The notes beneath the pieces were generated by a model. It saw only the letters and a program-made list of their open reading frames with translations, did not search any database and was not told the DNA's origin. A stretch of DNA of 15,516 bases, from IMG/VR virus record IMGVR_UViG_2574180238_000004. One strand, 5' to 3'. Made by a program: the position numbers and the translations under genes. Positions 9,907 to 15,516 of the stretch are shown here, one piece after another; within the stretch, counting starts at the first letter, position 1, and each line of letters starts with the position of its first letter. Origin of the DNA: a virus (Duplodnaviria > Heunggongvirae > Uroviricota > Caudoviricetes).

Positions 9907-10426
9907 TCAGCAACCCCGGTATCAGTTCATCCAGCGCGGCTGCTTTGTTCATGGCTTTGATGATATCCCGTTTCAGGAAATCAACATGTCGGTTTTCCAG
10001 TTCCGGAAAACGCCGCTGCACCGACAGGGGGATCCCGTCGAGAATACTGGCAATTTCACCTGCGATCCGCGACAGCACGAAAGTACAGAATGCGGTTTCC
10101 ACCACTTCAGCGGAGTCTCTGGCATTTTTCAGCTCCTGTGCGTCGGCCTGCGCACGCGTAAGTCGATGGCGTTCGTACTCAATAGTCCCTGGCTGGAGAT
10201 CTGTCTCGCTGGCCCGCCGCAGTTCTTCAACTTCCCGGCGCAGCTTTTCGTTCTCAATTTCAGCATCCCTTTCGGCATACCATCTTATAACGGCGGCAGA
10301 GTCATAAAGCACCTCATTACCCTTGCCACCGCCTCGCAGAACGGGCATTCCCTGTTCCTGCCAGTTCTGAATGGTACGGATACTCGCACCGAAAATGTCA
10401 GCCAGCTGCTTTTTGTTGACTTCCAT
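9881..10426 (-). CDS. nohA: Terminase small subunit (lambda Nu1 homologue), full length
   Basis: 181 aa, near-identical to lambda Nu1 (MEVNKKQLADIFGASIRTIQNWQEQGMPVLRGGGKGNEV...), including the N-terminal winged-HTH DNA-binding region. Confidence 0.9.
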   Translation of the reverse strand: MEVNKKQLADIFGASIRTIQNWQEQGMPVLRGGGKGNEVLYDSAAVIRWYAERDAEIENEKLRREVEELRRASETDLQPGTIEYERHRLTRAQADAQELKNARDSAEVVETAFCTFVLSRIAGEIASILDGIPLSVQRRFPELENRHVDFLKRDIIKAMNKAAALDELIPGLLSEYIEQSG

Positions 10427-10439
10427 TGTTCATTCCACG

Positions 10440-10650
10440 GCCAAAAACAGAGAAAGGAAACGACAGAGGCCCAAAAGTTCGTTTTCAGCACCTGTCGTTT
10501 CCTTTCTTTTTAGGGGGTATTTTAAATAAAAACATTAAGTTACGACGAAGAAGAACGGAAACGCCTTAAACCGGAAAATTTTCATAAATAGCGAAAACCC
10601 GCGAGGTCGCCGCCCCGTAACCTGTCGGATCACCGGAAAGGACCCGTAAA
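10440..10650 (-). promoter_or_regulatory. Lambda-type cos packaging site (cosB R elements, cosN, cosQ side)
   Basis: The reverse complement of 10604-10615 is GGGCGGCGACCT, the lambda 12-nt cohesive end, flanked by ...CGACAGGTTACG, which I recall as the lambda right terminus. R-element-like repeats (GGAAACGACAG / CTGTCGTTTCC near 10455-10500, a third copy near 10545-10560) lie between cosN and the nohA start. Confidence 0.8.
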
Positions 10651-10814
10651 GTGATAATGATTATCATCTACATATCACAACGTGCGTGGAGGCCATCAAA
10701 CCACGTCAAATAATCAATTATGACGCAGGTATCGTATTAATTGATCTGCATCAACTTAACGTAAAAACAACTTCAGACAATACAAATCAGCGACACTGAA
10801 TACGGGGCAACCTC

Positions 10815-11048
10815 ATGTCAACGAAGAACAGAACCCGCAGAACAACAACCCGCAACATCCGCTTTCCTAACCAAATGATTGAACAAATTAACATCGCTCT
10901 TGAGCAAAAAGGGTCCGGGAATTTCTCAGCCTGGGTCATTGAAGCCTGCCGCCGGAGACTGTGCTCAGAAAAAAGAGTTTCTTCTGAAGCAAACAAAGAA
11001 AAGAGTGACATTACTGAATTGCTCAGAAAACAGGTCAGACCAGATTGA
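10815..11048 (+). CDS. ynfO: Small ribbon-helix-helix (CopG/Arc/MetJ-like) DNA-binding protein, YnfO-like
   Basis: 77 aa; basic N-terminal tail, then a beta-strand / helix / G-x-S-capped helix pattern (RNIRFPNQMIEQINIALEQKGSGNFSAWVIEACRRRL). Position right after nohA/cos fits Qin ynfO; the symbol is from synteny and length only. Confidence 0.6.
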   Translation: MSTKNRTRRTTTRNIRFPNQMIEQINIALEQKGSGNFSAWVIEACRRRLCSEKRVSSEANKEKSDITELLRKQVRPD

Positions 11049-11090
11049 AGCAATTTAGATAATCGTGCAGACTACGCCCCCTCATATCAC

Positions 11091-11516
11091 ATGGACGGTT
11101 TATCTATGGATCAGGTAGTCATTTTTAAACAAATATTTGATAAAGTTCGAAACGATTTAAACTATCAATGGTTTTATTCTGAGCTAAAACGTCACAATGT
11201 CTCACATTACATTTACTATTTAGCCACAGAGAATGTTCATATTGTATTAAAAAATGATAATACAGTGTTATTAAAGGGCCTAAAAAACATTGTGTCTGTC
11301 AAATTTTCAAAGGATAGGCATCTTATAGAAACGACCTCTAATAAGCTGAAATCCAGAGAGATCACATTTCAGGAATACAGAAGAAACCTTGCTAAAGCAG
11401 GAGTTTTTCGGTGGGTTACAAATATCCACGAACAAAAAAGATATTACTATACCTTTGATAATTCATTACTATTTACTGAAAGCATCCAGAAAACTACACA
11501 GATCTTACCACGCTAA
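11091..11516 (+). CDS. ydfO: DUF1398-family prophage protein, YdfO-like
   Basis: 141-aa ORF; an internal ATG at 11106 would give 136 aa. Identified from synteny with Qin and my recollection of the YdfO/YbcV family; no SD is obvious for either start. Confidence 0.6.
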
Positions 11517-11610
11517 ACCATAACGTCCGGCTTCTCTCACTCCTGAGCCGGACTGCATTGGTTTAATAAAAACCATCAACAATTGTGATTTAGATATTCG
11601 GAACCATTCA

Positions 11611-11638
11611 AATATAACAAAACCCCGTAAAAACGAGG
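11611..11638 (-). terminator. Probable intrinsic terminator downstream of gnsB
   Basis: On the minus strand: CCUCGU / ACGGGG stem (one G-U pair), 4-nt loop, followed by UUUUGUUAUAUU. Confidence 0.4.
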
Positions 11639-11667
11639 TTTATGGATAAATTTTATTATTGAATACA

Positions 11668-11841
11668 TCAGATTAAATTAATCTTGACATCATAGCTTTC
11701 AAGACCCGTCATTTTTTCCCGTGCGGTAAACTGAATACTGGTAACTTCTTTCCCGGTCTTTTTCTTAAGTTCAATAATTTTTTTTGTTATATATTCAGAA
11801 ATATCTGCTTCTGCTTTTGTTTTTAAGTTTTCAATATTCAT
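11668..11841 (-). CDS. gnsB: GnsB-like small protein (57 aa), below the ORF-track size cutoff
   Basis: Hand translation of the minus strand gives MNIENLKTKAEADISEYITKKIIELKKKTGKEVTSIQFTAREKMTGLESYDVKINLI, with an AGAGGAA SD upstream. Matches my recollection of the GnsA/GnsB family (...FTAREKMTGLESYDVKI...). Confidence 0.7.
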   Translation of the reverse strand: MNIENLKTKAEADISEYITKKIIELKKKTGKEVTSIQFTAREKMTGLESYDVKINLI

Positions 11842-12012
11842 CATTTCCTCTTTTAGTCTGTTATGACTTTCCAGTTACACAGTAAGTCGATTATATGGTG
11901 CAAACGTGTAAAAGATAAGATGAAACATCGCAATAATCAACATACGATAGTCTAAATTTTACACAAACAGACAAAGAGAATTTTCCTGAATTATCAATGC
12001 AATAGCATCAAA

Positions 12013-12168
12013 TCAACTCAAGAGCCTTATTGCTGCTTCCAGAATTTCTTCTGAAGTAACATGTCGATCCGCGGCTACATAAATGACTTTATGATCTCCG
12101 GTCAGAGATGGAAACCCTGCGGCCATTACAGTAAGGTGTGTTTTTTCGCCATTTGGATATTCACGCAT
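12013..12168 (-). CDS. ynfN: YnfN-like small prophage protein; the 51-aa form starts MREYPNGEK, but in-frame upstream starts reach 12243 or 12285
   Basis: Track ORF 12013-12285 (90 aa). The reading frame is clear but the true start is not; the 51-aa version matches the length I recall for K-12 YnfN. Position between gnsB and cspI fits Qin. Confidence 0.45.
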   Translation of the reverse strand: MREYPNGEKTHLTVMAAGFPSLTGDHKVIYVAADRHVTSEEILEAAIRLLS

Positions 12169-12286
12169 GATGGTGTTAACTCCAGTCATCGCTGGCACTA
12201 CCACTGCTGGTTCAGAGTTAAAAAAAACTATGATTTTTTTCATGATGTTACCGTAGTATGTGAGTATCCATCGAATAGACACCAAG

Positions 12287-12313
12287 CAAAAAAGCTCCCG
12301 AAGGAGCCTTCAT
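12287..12313 (-). terminator. Intrinsic terminator downstream of cspI (possibly bidirectional)
   Basis: GCTCC / GGAGC stem with a 4-nt loop (UUCG on the minus strand), followed on the minus strand by UUUUUUG. A weaker interrupted T-tract follows on the plus strand. Confidence 0.45.
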
Positions 12314-12514
12314 TTTCACTTTTTTAAATCCAACGACAGACGGCTGGCATTTAAGTATTGTGAAATATTATCAAATGTAATCATCATTGATTTACAAAAG
12401 ATACATTTTGCCCCGAAAGGATTCATGTCAGAAACATCAAAAGATGATGTTCTATACTGGGAACCATGACAACACGGGCATCTAAAGTGAATATGGTTTG
12501 TAATATTGTCTACC

Positions 12515-12727
12515 TCAAAGCGCCACTACATGAACAGCGGCAGGACCTTTAGGTCCGTTCTCAATACCAAATTCAACTTCCTGATTCTCAGTTAATGTTT
12601 TGAAATCGTTGCTCTGAATTGCTGAGAAATGGACAAACACATCTTTGCTGCCATCTTTCGGCGTGATGAAACCAAAACCTTTTTCAGGGTTAAACCATTT
12701 CACTAAACCAGTCATTTTGTTAGACAT
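12515..12727 (-). CDS. cspI: Cold-shock protein, CspA family (CspI-like)
   Basis: 70 aa with the canonical cold-shock-domain motifs ([20 protein letters not shown]1-like, [11 protein letters not shown]2-like). About 360 nt of AT-rich sequence upstream, consistent with the long 5' leader of csp genes. Confidence 0.9.
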   Translation of the reverse strand: MSNKMTGLVKWFNPEKGFGFITPKDGSKDVFVHFSAIQSNDFKTLTENQEVEFGIENGPKGPAAVHVVAL

Positions 12728-13089
12728 AATTATTACCTTTTGAAGAAATTAGCCCTTGGGCAGAATGGTCCGAAAAAAAATATCAGAGAGAAAAACCAAC
12801 AAGGAAATCTCAAGAGGTACAAATAATAAAATTATAACAATGACTGCTTCAGATAAATTTGTAACAAACCAGAACACCATTAACGCATGATTAACCACCC
12901 ATAGCAAGGATTACTTTTGTAAAGAAAAACACAGCAATGAAAGAATAGCTTTATTTATTAATAAAACGTGTCATTCTGATTAAGACCTTTTATCTTACCC
13001 TTAAGATTTCAGGAATTTTGGCTCATGGAAGAGTCCTTTTTATTTAAATTTTACATTCCGCGATGTAAATGTTCCGATTTAATATTACC

Positions 13090-14113
<1,024 letters not shown>

Positions 14114-14117
<4 letters not shown>

Positions 14118-14425
14118 AGATATTTATGATGAGGACGCTCGTGCTTATTGGCAGGATTTTCAATCTTAAAGGAGTACTGATGCTGCAGATAAGACTCAAC
14201 TTTTTCTGACAATTTTTCTGCTACTTCCAGGAAGACTTGCCGGACGCTCCTTCTGGCTGCTGCCTCATAAAACTCCAGCGCAGCTCCTTCAACACGGTCC
14301 ATGGCGACATCCAGGTCAAAAATTTCACCGTCAAAGCGTTCTTTGTCCTGTAAGGCTACAGTTACCGTAACTTTATTCTCAAAATTACGGACTCCTTTCA
14401 CAACCAGTTCATAGTCTTGAGTCAT
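14114..14425 (-). CDS. ydfR: YdfR-like protein (DUF1327), soluble and acidic, inside the lysis cassette
   Basis: 103 aa, no hydrophobic segment; GAGAGGAGAG SD upstream; stop overlaps the endolysin ATG. Symbol from Qin synteny. Confidence 0.65.
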
Positions 14426-14429
14426 TGGA

Positions 14430-14507
14430 TTACTCTCCTCTCGCAGCCTTACGCCTGTCTTCTTTAATCTTGAAATAAAGATTTGTCAGATACGTCAGCA
14501 GGCCAAA
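14430..14507 (-). pseudogene. essQ: 3' fragment (25 codons) of a class II pinholin gene (S21/EssQ-like), cut by IS3
   Basis: The minus-strand frame is open from the IS3 boundary to a TAA 4 nt before the ydfR ATG and reads [25 protein letters not shown], matching the charged C-terminal tail of the phage 21 S21 pinholin as I recall it. Not in the ORF track (too short). Confidence 0.55.
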
Positions 14508-14572
14508 TGATCTTACCCAGCAATAGTGGACACGCGGCTAAGTGAGTAAACTCTCAGTCAGAGGTGACTCAC

Positions 14573-14872
14573 ATGACAAAAACAGTATCAACCAGTAAAA
14601 AACCCCGTAAACAGCATTCGCCTGAATTTCGCAGTGAAGCCCTGAAGCTTGCTGAACGCATCGGTGTTACTGCCGCAGCCCGTGAACTCAGCCTGTATGA
14701 ATCACTGCTCTACAACTGGCGCAGTAAACAGCAAAATCAGCAGACGTCTTCTGAACGTGAACTGGAGATGTCTACCGAGATTGCACGTCTCAAACGCCAG
14801 CTGGCAGAACGGGATGAAGAGCTGGCTATCCTCCAAAAGGCCGCGACATACTTCGCGAAGCGCCTGAAATGA
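14573..14872 (+). CDS. insE: IS3 transposase OrfA (InsE-like, helix-turn-helix plus leucine-zipper region)
   Basis: [44 protein letters not shown]...; GAGG SD 8 nt upstream of the ATG at 14573. The track begins 3 codons earlier at a GTG. Confidence 0.85.
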
Positions 14873-15516
14873 AGTATGTCTTTATTGAAAAACATCAGGC
14901 TGAGTTCAGCATCAAAGCAATGTGCCGCGTGCTCCGGGTGGCCCGCAGCGGCTGGTATACGTGGTGTCAGCGGCGGACAAGGATAAGCACGCGTCAGCAG
15001 TTCCGCCAACACTGCGACAGCGTTGTCCTCGCGGCTTTTACCCGGTCAAAACAGCGTTACGGTGCCCCACGCCTGACGGATGAACTGCGTGCTCAGGGTT
15101 ACCCCTTTAACGTAAAAACCGTGGCGGCAAGCCTGCGCCGTCAGGGACTGAGGGCAAAGGCCTCCCGGAAGTTCAGCCCGGTCAGCTACCGCGCACACGG
15201 CCTGCCTGTGTCAGAAAATCTGTTGGAGCAGGATTTTTACGCCAGTGGCCCGAACCAGAAGTGGGCAGGAGACATCACGTACTTACGTACAGATGAAGGC
15301 TGGCTGTATCTGGCAGTGGTCATTGACCTGTGGTCACGTGCCGTTATTGGCTGGTCAATGTCGCCACGCATGACGGCGCAACTGGCCTGCGATGCCCTGC
15401 AGATGGCGCTGTGGCGGCGTAAGAGGCCCCGGAACGTTATCGTTCACACGGACCGTGGAGGCCAGTACTGTTCAGCAGATTATCAGGCGCAACTGAAGCG
15501 GCATAATCTGCGTGGA
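14869..15516 (+). CDS. insF: IS3 transposase OrfB (InsF-like, DDE integrase catalytic domain), 3'-partial at the window edge
   Basis: ATG overlapping the orfA stop; hand translation [36 protein letters not shown]...[33 protein letters not shown]... carries the DDE-transposase region. The frame is open to the end of the window, so it is absent from the ORF track. Confidence 0.8.

Larger units (their letters stand above)
14508..15516 (+). mobile_element. IS3 insertion sequence, left end and about 1 kb; continues past the window edge
   Basis: Terminal sequence TGATCTTACCCAGCAATAGTGGACACGCGGCTAAGTGAGTAAACTC... matches the IS3 left inverted repeat as I recall it, followed by IS3 orfA and orfB with the characteristic ATGA overlap. 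Confidence 0.85.

Noticed and set aside
9079-10513. Plus-strand ORFs 9079-9846 (255 aa) and 9986-10513 (175 aa) opposite the terminase genes and cos
   Set aside because: They are antisense to near-lambda-identical A and Nu1 coding sequence and to the cos site. No such genes exist in lambda and their sequences look non-protein-like.
14649-15012. ORFs 14649-14867 (+) and 14737-15012 (-) inside IS3
   Set aside because: Alternative frame and antisense frame within the IS3 transposase genes; IS3 encodes only OrfA and OrfB (and their frameshift fusion).

Overview
This window reads as the left part of a decayed Qin-like lambdoid cryptic prophage of E. coli or a close relative, inserted into the host MFS transporter gene ydfJ. 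I do not see a convincingly new biological system; most genes are recognisable, and the notable points are structural (deletion joints, an IS3 hit in the holin gene, an orphan invertase, two small-gene modules). From left to right: 5'-truncated ydfJ (1-1284, minus); an AT-rich junction region with an unlisted 37-codon hydrophobic ORF; ydfK; a Pin/Gin-family serine invertase converging on a single tail-fibre cassette (Tfa, then a 1116-aa side tail fibre Stf); lambda head/packaging remnants on the minus strand (Z' stub, FII, FI, a 3' fragment of E, the N-terminal ~410 codons of terminase large subunit A, full-length Nu1/NohA) ending in a lambda-type cos site; a cargo block (RHH protein YnfO-like, DUF1398 YdfO-like, GnsB, YnfN-like, cold-shock CspI); a lysis cassette (Rz with embedded Rz1, SAR-type endolysin, YdfR) whose pinholin gene is cut by an IS3 element that runs off the right edge. 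Protein identifications rest on my recall of lambda and K-12 sequences, not on a database search. Coordinates I derived by hand from the text may be off by 1-2 bp; one line (8161-8220) appeared shifted by one base relative to the ORF track, and there I followed the track.
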